A stretch of DNA of 63,907 bases, filler included, from Pelomyxa schiedti (lineage: Eukaryota; Protista; Evosea): assembly GCA_020536535.1 (NCBI GenBank). It is 16 parts of 16 records of this genome, joined end to end, with 100 filler letters (N's around TTAATTAATTAA, not from the genome) between each part and the next. Parts side by side here need not be neighbours in the genome. Positions count along the whole stretch, not along the records: positions 40,486 to 46,214 come from JAHLWZ010000480.1; positions 46,315 to 48,786 come from JAHLWZ010001980.1; positions 48,887 to 63,907 come from JAHLWZ010000148.1; 13 more parts are not named here. One strand, given 5' to 3'. The notes under the pieces were generated by a model. That model searched no databases and was not told the origin of the DNA. It saw only the letters and a program-made list of their open reading frames with translations. The stretch's first letter is position 1. Every line of letters starts with the position of its first letter. Below are positions 41,332 to 51,681 of the stretch, piece after piece. The position numbers and the translations under genes were made by a program.

Positions 41332-42283
41332 ATTCCACTTTGAGTTCCTCTACAGAAACAGGATCATATGGTTGAATAAACACTCCTGTTCTCAAGTAAT
41401 TCAGAATTGTACCACTGCAACACAGAAAGAATGAAAGGTTATTTGACCCTGGCCAGAGAGTATAAGAATGCATACAAGTGTTTGCCACTTCTGTCAATGA
41501 AATATGTGCCATCCTCATCCTGTCTTCCAGGAGGTATGCTTCCAGAAAACATTGCTGCCAGCATACTCCCTGGTTCCTTCGTCAGGGTACTTTTGCTGGT
41601 TCTAAAGACTGTGCTGTTGGAATTTTGTTAAACACATTGAAATTGCTATTAAAGAAAGAAGCAGGGTGCATACCCTCCAACGTCAAGCTTGATTGAGGAA
41701 CCAATGTGAACAGTGGCGATTCTGTCTTTCATTTTCTAGTAGATATAAATAAGCACCAACAACAGAGCAAACAAAGCAAACAAAGCAAACAAAGCAAAGC
41801 AAACAAATGGTACGGCGGTTGTATCCGCACTTCATAGAATGCAATTTCTGGGTTTAGCTGGTCCCTCTCCCTGCGTATCGCGTCTCTCACAGCCAGACAC
41901 GACTGCGACACTGCCCCATGCATCTCCCTGAACAGCAGCTCCATTTCCCCCCCCACCCCGCCACACCCTGATTGGTTTTCGCAGATGTGTTGTCTGTGCT
42001 TGTGCTTGTGTTTGCACTGGCCCCCCCATCCCCATCCCCATCCCCATCCCCGTCGCCGTTGTAGTCGTCGTGGTGCACCCACCGAGACATGGCTGCTGCT
42101 GCCCCGGAATAACGGGAGGAAGCAGCAGGGGCGCGGGGGAAGGAGGCGGCAGCGGCGGCGGGGCACCGGGAGTTGGAGCCGGGGGGCCGCCGGGAACGGG
42201 CAGGGCCGCGGCGACGGCGGGGGCCGAGGTGGAGGAGGGGGTGGCGGGAGAGGGGGTCGGAGGGGGGGGTATTTTTTTAGCAT
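41332..42283 (-). CDS. KCTD-type BTB/POZ protein, truncated by gap
   Basis: IKLDVGG..FRTSKSTLTKEPGSMLAAMFSG..YFIDRSGKHF|GTILNYLRTG. Confidence 0.85.
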
Positions 42284-42362
42284 GTCTGCTTTTCTTGGGG
42301 GCGGGGCTTACTGCCTCTTTGTGGTTGTTTGACCAACTGGGTGTGGTGCAAAAAAGTGATTT

Positions 42363-43656
42363 ATGCAGAAATCATCAATGTCTAGCACTGCTTCGACAGC
42401 ACCAACCACCAAAGAGTCACCCACAGTAGCGGACCTTCTCATTGCATCTGAATCGGCAATGTTGACCCTGGACCAGCTACTCCAGGCCCAGGCGAATAGC
42501 CTTGCAGTGGATAGAGCCGATTTCGAGGCAGAGACGAAACATACACACATTGTCGAGTTTGGTCCTACCGTCAAGCTCGACGTTGGAGGGTTTCCTATAC
42601 TCTCGGTCTTGCCTTGCAAATTAAATGAGCGATCAGGAAAATATTCAGGATTTCTCGAAGTGACCTGATTAAGGAGCGTAGTTTATTATCGGTAATGTTC
42701 TCTGGAAGTGGAATACCTCTTCACAAGGATGAGAATGGCACTTATTTCATTGACAGAAGTGGCACTTATTTGGCAGAATAAAATAATCAACGGACCGTAA
42801 CGCTGTCATTTTCGTTATCGTCGCTCAGGATCGGCGGTCTGGTGTTTTTTTTATTCAGCCATTTGTAATCTATCAACTTTGTTTAGAACACTTATAACCT
42901 ATTCCATGCTTCCAGTGATGTTATTCTGAACTATTTGAGGACAGGAAAAATTTTTCAGCCATCTGACCCTGCTGCCCTTGAAGAAGTGGAGGCAGAATTT
43001 TACGAGGTCGACAACATGGTTGTTGTTTTCAAGTAAATCCCAAAAGATCCCGTCGCTGATGAACCTTCTGCGCTGTAAAGATTTCACATGGACCTCGCCA
43101 GATGATAAAAATGGCCTATTTTACTGGATTGGCAGTCACCCATTACCTTACACAGACCCGATCACCCGGAAAGACAAGGCAAGAAACAAGTGAATTTTTC
43201 TTTTTTCTTAAGCAACTCCAGATAACGGTTGGGAACCCAGATTCCCGTTTCCTGGTCACGCACCCCCATCACTCTTCTCCATCTGACCCAACACACTTCT
43301 GCTCTTGCATGCCGCAAGAGTATGACACTGTCAAATTCACCAAGGCTTGGCTTCTGTGTCCGAGCTACTACACTGTCTCATACTCTGATGCAGCATGCTC
43401 TCGCTCCAACTGGATTCTGTCAGCATCCAGTGATGGGGTCAAATGGGAAACCCTGTCGACACATACAGCACTACCAGCTAAAAGTGGCCGGTACTCATGG
43501 CCCATCACCACTACACACCAGTTCAACCAATTCCGTGTCACTTGCTCTGGTAAAAATGGCAACTGGTTCCCAGCCTTTTCATGTTTCCATGTGTATGGCC
43601 TGGAACTCTATGGGACACTGGAGACCCAACACGCTTCTGACTTATTGTATGCATGA
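42363..43656 (+). CDS. KCTD-type BTB + discoidin/galactose-binding-like domain protein, interrupted by MITE
   Basis: VKLDVGG..SVMFSG..YFIDRSGTYF/DVILNYLRTG; NGLFYWIG, NWILSASSDGVKWETL, FNQFRV, GLELYG. Confidence 0.8.
42772..42860 (-). mobile_element. Complete 89-bp MITE with ATTT target-site duplication, inserted in BTB exon end
   Basis: Reverse complement of 22503-22591 with few mismatches; ATTT at 42768-42771 and 42861-42864. Confidence 0.92.
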
Positions 43657-43921
43657 CTCACCACTCCTGCACTAATCACATTTCAAGATGACCACTTCCT
43701 CTCTGGGAGGGGGGGGAGGAGGGCGTAGGAGGAGTGGTACCCCTCTCCCCTCTCTCCCGTCTCCTCCCCCACCTCTCTGAGAGCCACAAAGACCCACCTC
43801 CTGGATGCTGCTGCACTGTTTCTGACTGTGTTGATATCCTCTTGCTTTCTAATAAACAACGCCGTATGTTTCGTTATCGTCACCCCAGGTTTTTCTTCCA
43901 GTGGAAGAAACCCACAGCCAC

Positions 43922-46214
43922 ATGTACGAAAACAACCCCAGCACAGCAACGGCAAACACGGCAGCACAACCAGCAAGAGAACGAGGAGATTATGGGCGTG
44001 GTTCAGCAGCGACGGCAGAACCGACGACCACTACGACGGGACCTTTCTCCAGTTGTTGTCCAGCAACAGCAACAGCAACACCAACAACAACAACAACCAA
44101 CACTGTCCCACAATTATTGGCAGTGTCGTCGAGTGTTGCGGAGGCGGCGTCGGCGGCGAACTCCAACGACCGCGACGTGGCGTTAACTGGAGTGGTGCAG
44201 CTGAGAAGGCTTCTGTGCTCAGAGAGTAAGTACTTACACACCTTCTGTTGTTATTCCAGGGCATGTTGTGATGCGGTGTCAATAGAGAGCGAATATGTAG
44301 TAGTAGTAGATAAATCATTATGATTATAAGGTGGTGTCGTTGGATTATTACTTGGTGTTGTTGACTTGTTGTAGAACCACCCATTGACGAAGTAATTGCC
44401 GCTGGTTTGTTGCCGCGTCTTGGTCAGTTTTTATCTCTGGTGTGTGTTTACTTTGCTGGGGTTGCCAAGGGGAGAGGGAACTCTACTGATTTTTCTTGCA
44501 GTCAGATAACCCAAATTTTCAAGTTGAAGCACTTTGGGCATTGACAAACAGTTTGTGCTTTTTTTTCACCCTTAACCTCTGATGTGTTAAATTGTCAAGT
44601 TTGCACTGGCAGCACAAAACAAATAGAGGAAGTGCTCAAATGTGGAATTGTACCACAGTTAATTGCCCTGCTCTCCTCAAGTCCAGATGTAGATGTCTGT
44701 CAACAGGTACCTTCCCTCAGACCAACTCAACAGCGCACTCACACATTCACAGGCAACGTGGGCACTGAGCAATATCCTCGGGGATTGTGCTGTGCACAGG
44801 GATTCTGTGCTTCGCCTGGGTTTTTTCCCAGTATTGCTCAAGGCAATTGTCAAATTCCCAAATAAAGTGTTCTTCCTGAGGAAGGCAGTATGGAACCACA
44901 CCCCCATCCAGCTTGCTTCTTTTGACTTCCTCCCTTCATTCCAGACTGAGGCTATTTCAAATGGTTGCCGAGGAGTGCCACCACCAGATATTTCATATTT
45001 CCGGTCACCAAGTGCGCTCTCTTTCCATCAATTGATAGATAATTTCTTGAAATTGTTTTGCAGATGATGCCGGTGAATCAGTTTCTCCTCTGCCTGTACT
45101 TGCGGCCCTCCTCCAATATCTTGATGCAGAGGTTGTAACTCACGCTTGCTGGTACAAAAAAGCAACAAACATCTATGGAAACTTTAACCATACCGCATTT
45201 TCGTGCACCAACTTCTGTCAGGGCCTTATCTTATATGGCTGAATCTCCACTCTGTATCAAACTGATCATATCCACTGGCACAATTATTCCTTCACTAACC
45301 CGGCTTCTTTCAGTAACCATCAATTGACACTTTCTGAGCTCATACACGTTCACAACCAGATAAGTGATACCAACATCCAACGTCCAGCTCTGAGAGCGTT
45401 GGGCAATGTGGCAAATGGAAGGTTTACACTTTCCTTTCAATTCACACTCATGATAAATTACTCCAACGTTACACTCCACCCAGTACTGAAGAAGCTCAGG
45501 TAAATACAAGGTAAACAGACTTCTTGTATCTAACTACTATGTACTCACAGAGCCTCATTGATGCCGGTATTTTTCAGGCTGTGATGCCATTGTATGTGTG
45601 ATGAACATTCCATCCAATCATGTGCATTTTTTTGTCTTAACATGCCACACATTAGCCTGCTTCAACCCAGTAAGTGTCGCCAGATTGTGCTTTGGGGGGT
45701 GGGTATCATCACAATAACCACTTTGCATACACACCCCCTTTTCTCTTCTCTTCTCTGCCATTCATCTTTTTCCACAACAGCTCTCCAATCTTGCGGTTGG
45801 CACGAAGTAAGTAGGTTCCAATCATTAATTACATCACCAACATCACAATGACACCAAGGGAACAAGTGACAGAACTTTGCAAAAGTGGGGTTATCCCACA
45901 TGTTGTGACATGCTTGTCATCACCAAAAGGTGATGTGTGTATACGTGAAGAAGCCTGCTGGGTCATTGCCAATTGCATTGAAACAAACCATCCAGAAGTC
46001 ATTCAGTGTGTGATTTAAACAAACAACAACCGAACTCTCACATTGGATTTGCCAGATACATGATTTCTTTGGGAATACTCACACCATTGGTGGAACTCCT
46101 GGTCAGTGAAGATCGGCCTACAACCCTAATCCTTGTTCTCGAAGTATGTCAATTCTTCAGAAGTTGAGTTAACCACAAAGCGGCAGGCACTTCAAAGAAT
46201 TCTTGCGACAGACA
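43922..46214 (+). CDS. Importin-alpha-like armadillo-repeat protein, 3' truncated
   Basis: VVQLRRLL..PPIDEVIAAGLLPRL..FQVEALWALTNICTG..QQATWALSNILGD..ACWALSY..PALRALGNVANG..EEACWVIAN; start uncertain, no clear IBB domain. Confidence 0.88.
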
Positions 46215-46504
46215 NNNNNNNNNNNNNNNNNNNNNNNNNNNNNNNNNNNNNNNNNNNNTTAATTAATTAANNNNNNNNNNNNNNNNNNNNNNNNNNNNNN
46301 NNNNNNNNNNNNNNGGTGATGGCCGAGTGTGGATTCTTGGTCCATCAGATGGAGAGTGTTATTACAGTTACAGACCCATCAACAGGAGCAATTCTGATGT
46401 CACTCACAGACCTCCCTCCCAACCTCAATCTCCACATTTCAGGGTTTGTGCTCTAACAACGCTTCAACACGCTTTTCAAAGAACCATCCAAAAAAAAAAA
46501 ATAA

Positions 46505-47210
46505 ATGAGCCGTCGTGTTGGTGACGAATGGGCGATTGAGCCACACGTGCGATACCGCGACCAATTCGTTGCGTTGATGATATCATCGCACGCAAGGTGC
46601 GGCCGATTCAGCCCCGCGGCCGCCCTCACAGCCGCGTCGCCGCAACTCATGGCCTCCCTCCACGAGTCCTGGTCGGCAGGCCTCGTGGTCTTGCAGTCCA
46701 ACGGGCTCAGCATCTCGATTACTGTGGGCGTCTCTCTTGTCACGATGGGAATCACAAGGCCCATGTTGAGGTGCCAATTCGTGAACGTGCCTCTTTCAGA
46801 TCACAGGATCTGTCCAAGCTCCCACTGCTTCTCAAGTCTGAAAGGGTTGTTGTTGCATCCAGAGGTGTGAAGAGTGGCAAGCTGAGACTACTCTGCAGAA
46901 ACCCCACACAGAACTTGTTCCTTGAGAACTTGGATTCTGGATTGCGCAGAGGAATGAGCATCTCAACCAGTGTGAATTGTGGGACTTCTCTGGCAGTGCA
47001 ACAGGAGATCAACCAACAGTAATCACACTTCCAGTGCTTGATGGTAACAACCCAATCCGCCTCAGGCCTTGTGGAGACCTCCTTGTTGTGGAGGAAGCTT
47101 CTCAAGTTCATGTGGTTTATCCTCCCTTGGGTCTGGTCATTTTCACACTACAGTGCACATCCCACCACTTACACCACCTCGACTGTCTCCGTAATAGCGT
47201 GTTCTATTAA
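46505..47210 (+). pseudogene. QF-HxRCG family member with internal deletion and frameshifts (tandem copy 1)
   Basis: RDQFVALMISSHARCGRFSPAAAL; C-terminal homology to the 47285 gene is split over three frames. Confidence 0.75.
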
Positions 47211-47284
47211 GAACCTCCTAGACTATTGGTTGAAAACATTACAATTCATTAGAATCATCACAAAAAAGAAGCAACCAAACGAAA

Positions 47285-48430
47285 ATGAGCAGTGAATGGG
47301 TGATGGAGAGACACGTGCGATACCAGGACCAGATGGCTGCGCTGATGATGTCATCGCACGCAAGGTGCGGCCAACGCAGCCCCGCGGCCGCCCTCACAAC
47401 CTCTGCCCCGCTCCTCATGGCCTCCCTCCACAAGTCCTGGTCCCGCGGCGTCTTGGTCCTGCAGCCCTTTTTCGAGGACGCAGTGGCCGTGGGGGTCTCG
47501 CTGGCCACGTTTGGCGTCACTAGCCCCCCGCAGCAGGCGCCGCGCGGGCGGGCCGAGAACCCAGTGCCCAAGTTCGGGACGGGCACCCGTTGCCTGTTCG
47601 CGACCAGGGGCCGGCCGGATCTCGACTTGCAGGTGGCGGACGTGAGGACCGGGAAGCAGGCGTGGGTGCGGGGGTTTGCCGGGATGGATTTCTGCCGCGC
47701 AACGTGCAGGGGCGAGTGGGTCCTGGATTTCCGTTGCGGGAGGATGTGGAGGGTGACGGAGGATGGGGAGGGTGATTGGCATTGTGGGAACGGCGGCGGC
47801 GGGCCGTTGGTTGTTTCTGGGCCGAGGGATGTGAAGCCCTTCGCGGGGATGGTGGGCAAGAGCAAATTCAGCTTTAGGCAGTTTGTGGGTGACAGGTTTT
47901 TCGACATGAGGTGTTTCGGGGCCGAGTGGTGTGTGTTCCACTTGTTCGACATGGAGAGGATGTTTGAGAGCGGTGTGATGGAGCCTGTGGATACTGTGAT
48001 GGTTCCTCGCCACCCACACATGAGCCGCATGAGTGCCCACTGCTTCTGGGCATCAAAAAGGGTGATGTTGCAATCAGAGGGAGTTTACTATGAGCTACTG
48101 GAGGGTGGTGAGTTGAAGTTACTCTGCAGGAGTGACCCCACTGACAACTTCTTCATGGATAACTTCTGGATTTCACAGAGCAAGGATCAGCCCAATCAGT
48201 ATGAATCCTGGGATTTCTCTGCCTGCCCAAAGGCAGAGCAACCAACAGTGATCTCACTTCCAGAGTCGGACCTCCACCTTAGGTCTGGGGGAGACCTCCT
48301 TATTGTGGAGGGAGGTTCTCGAGTTCACGCAGTTGACCCTGCCTCTGGCGCGATAATTTTCACGTTGATGGCCCCTCTCCTCCAGTCAGGGCCCCTTTGC
48401 CTCTTTGCTAGCAACACCTTCAATTCCTGA
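47285..48430 (+). CDS. QF-HxRCG family protein, complete, intronless (tandem copy 2)
   Basis: 381 aa ORF; QDQMAALMMSSHARCGQRSPAAAL, VGVSLATFGV, HLFDMERMFESG. Confidence 0.85.
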   Translation: MSSEWVMERHVRYQDQMAALMMSSHARCGQRSPAAALTTSAPLLMASLHKSWSRGVLVLQPFFEDAVAVGVSLATFGVTSPPQQAPRGRAENPVPKFGTGTRCLFATRGRPDLDLQVADVRTGKQAWVRGFAGMDFCRATCRGEWVLDFRCGRMWRVTEDGEGDWHCGNGGGGPLVVSGPRDVKPFAGMVGKSKFSFRQFVGDRFFDMRCFGAEWCVFHLFDMERMFESGVMEPVDTVMVPRHPHMSRMSAHCFWASKRVMLQSEGVYYELLEGGELKLLCRSDPTDNFFMDNFWISQSKDQPNQYESWDFSACPKAEQPTVISLPESDLHLRSGGDLLIVEGGSRVHAVDPASGAIIFTLMAPLLQSGPLCLFASNTFNS

Positions 48431-48544
48431 CTTTAAGTGCCACATAATTCTATCTATTCACAAATGAGAGGTACTCATGCACAACAAGTGAATAATAAAT
48501 AACTGAGCGATTACTTACTTACTTTTCGATGATCAATTCAAGGA

Positions 48545-48786
48545 ATGAACGGAAAGAGCCAGCCAGTCGAGTGGGCCGTTGAGCCACACGTGCGGTACCG
48601 AGACCAATTTGTTGCACTGATGATGTCATCGCACGCGAGGTGCGGCCGGCTCAGCCCCGCGGCCGCCCTCACCACCTCGGCCCCGCTCCTCGCGGAATCC
48701 CTCCACGAGTCGTGGTCCCGCTGCGTAGCGCTGCTCCAATCCCACAGCCTCGGCGCCTCGGTGGCCGTGGGGGTCTCGCTCACCAT
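48545..48786 (+). CDS. QF-HxRCG family protein (tandem copy 3), truncated at contig end
   Basis: RDQFVALMMSSHARCGRLSPAAAL..VAVGVSLT. Confidence 0.8.
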
Positions 48787-49418
48787 NNNNNNNNNNNNNN
48801 NNNNNNNNNNNNNNNNNNNNNNNNNNNNNNTTAATTAATTAANNNNNNNNNNNNNNNNNNNNNNNNNNNNNNNNNNNNNNNNNNNNAGTCCATTTGGCTG
48901 CTGCTGATTGATGACCAGCGGGCTCAGCTTGCTGCTGTCTCTCTGTCATGCATGCATGCTCCTCTCTCCATCCTCGTGACATTGTCATCATCGTACTCAC
49001 AGTCATTACACCATACATTGCATGGTATTGGGTCAGCTTGGCTTCACCAAAACATTTGTTAAAAAAAAAAAAGCCTTTTTTCCCCCAGCCATGTGGAATG
49101 GGGCTTGTAGACAGTAAGGTGAGTGGGGAGAGGTAATGGGATACAGGAGAGCTTTTGGGGGGAACTAATGGGCAGGAGGGAACAGGGAGGGGGTAAGTAC
49201 AAGCCAGGAGAGATGAAGGAGCTAAAAGAGCTGGAAGGGGAAGACTAGGAGCCTGAAGGCAAAGAATTGGAGCCAGAAGGGGAATAAGAGCTGGGAGGTG
49301 CCAGGAAGGAGGCTGAGGAGAGGCTGGGTTGTTTCCTTGGCCAGTGCAGAAAAAGATTCCTGACAGTTTGGCAAGACTCCTTGCCAGCAAAATGTAGTCT
49401 TTTTTGACCTCTGGGGTG

Positions 49419-50100
49419 TTATTGTGCCCTGCAAGATGTTATTTTGGGAATAAAAGAAAGTGGCCACATAGTTATCCTTGCAGTGGACTGCAGTAGCTCC
49501 CAAGGGCACTTGCTTGTTGTCTGCATTATATTTATGGAGTGGCAAACAAATTTCACCCTAATCTCATTGTATTCAAGTCCTACATCGTGCTGCAGCTTCA
49601 AAGCAATCTTTTTTTCGTTAGTCAGCTGCACAAGTAATGAGAATGCATACCTATTTGAGAGTATGTGATCTCCAAGCAACTCTATTCTGGCCACCATTAC
49701 AGTTTGCTGCAAACCAGCACTGGCATGATAATCTGGCAATTCTATTGAGAGATCCACACCATTGGGGTGGCATCCAATCATTTCAGCACTCAGGTATTCT
49801 CTCTTTGGCGGATTTCTGTTCATTTATTAGGTGGAGATCAAGAAATTATTCTTACCTGACACTGGAGGAAGTAGCACTATTCTCAAAGGTATTTTCACAT
49901 TGTTTCGAAGCTCCTGCAATGGAATAAGTTATTCTGGTGATATCACCCAGGTTTTTCCAGAATGGTGGAGGAACTCTGGCAAGCAATTTTTCCAGAATGG
50001 TGGAGGAACTCTGGCAAGCAAATCTGAAGCACAGCAAACTCTGTTGTAGTTCAAGGACTGATCTCCAATGCAATCATGACACCCATGCATTCTTTATCTC
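49419..50100 (-). CDS. Hypothetical multi-exon protein or pseudogene
   Basis: ORFs 49419-49823 and 49852-50073; contains a ~35-bp tandem duplication near 49952-50021. Confidence 0.3.
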
Positions 50101-51681
50101 TCACAACAATGTTAGGCAACGTGGGCAATAACACACTGCACACTTCAAGGTCTGATTGCACTGAAGGCCCAAAGAAGCCCACAAGTCCATTCTGAACAGT
50201 GTGTACCACCCTCTTGCCCTTGCACACCCCACTCTATCTCACATCTGTGCTCTGTGCCACCACTGTGCTCCTCTACCCTCACCTCTGTGCCCTGGCCTGA
50301 TGCCCATTTTGGAACACAGGCAAAAAAAAAAAAATTTTTTTAAAGTTCAGTACCACGAGCTCTGTAAGGATTGAGGCAACCAACAGCCACGTTCTGGCAT
50401 GGTGTGGTAGGACCCCAGAAGGAAGAAATAATTAAGAGATTAAAAGGAAAAAAATGCTCTATGACCGCAATTTTTTCTTTATTGTCAAAACGATGGGGCG
50501 GTCATTTTACAATTTTCCTGTGGTTTTTCCTTTGCCCTCCAGATATGCACCTGCAACAAGAGGGCTGCCCGTGTTACCAGTGTTATGTTTGCGAAGTACA
50601 CTTCTTGTTGACTTGGGAACGCACTTATGGGTGCAACGACTGTTGAACGCTGGCAGTATTTCCCTGCGTGTCAAATGTCTAAACGCGTTGGATCTTGGTT
50701 ATCGTGCAAACCAGTATTAAAGCGTAGGAATAGTCAGGATGGCGGCTGTCACACCCCTAAGTGGTCTTGAGGAATCTGCACACAGAGATCTACCTACCCA
50801 CAGTGAGTCCGAAGATGACAACGACGAGGGTAACCATGACATTGTATTGTTCAATAGTGGGTTTTCGTAACTCTTCCTTTGCAGATGGGCCGGCTTGTGC
50901 GCTTGTAAGCCTTTCAAGTGGCTCTGTTGTAATAACGACGGACGGTTCTGCACTTTTGCTGAATGCTACAATTCATGCGCCTTTGGGAGGGTTCGTGGAT
51001 TCTTCAGGAGCCCTTGGAAGCAGTGGCCTGGCTCTTATTCGGCTCAAATGGGATTATGATGACAGAGACAGACACCGGGTGTGGGTCGAAATGAAAAACC
51101 CAGGTGCTGCACCTCACGATGAGATGAGACTGAAGGTACGTAACTATCTGCTCTGGTTTTCCCTTTCATGAAACTCAATCAATACACTCACTTCTCCTTT
51201 TTGCACAGGTGAGCACCAACTTAAAGAACAAAACGGGAAGAAACCTCAGAATGCAGCGCGCGCGCATCTACGCAAGCCGCACTGAGTGGATAAGCATATT
51301 CCACACCACGCGCCTCCCTTCTCTTCCCACAGTCGTAACATTTAGAATCGAGATAGATGAAGAAGAGTGAGTGTGCACAGTGAATGAAAACATCAACAAT
51401 ACCCTTACACTTCCTTTGTTTTTCATGCTTGTCTACCTGGACATCTTGCAGCACATTGTCCAGGCATGAATGCAACTGCTGGAGGATCTCTCCAGAGTAA
51501 GCCTTTCCAGTTTCTCCACTGTAATGTTCTCCGGGAATACCTTGAAAATACCCTGGGTCGTGTTCAAACCAAATTTTAAGTAAACAAACAATCCACTCAC
51601 TCCTTAAGTTTGTTTAATACCTTTTTGGGTTTCTAGTTGTTTGCAAAGTTTAGGAACCAAAATTTTCTGATTTGGTCACCA

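Noticed and set aside
42772-42860. MITE as a clean introner
   Set aside because: Splicing G|GC...CAG|CC leaves 7 extra nt (G, CC and the 4-nt TSD), a frameshift, so precise self-removal is not supported.
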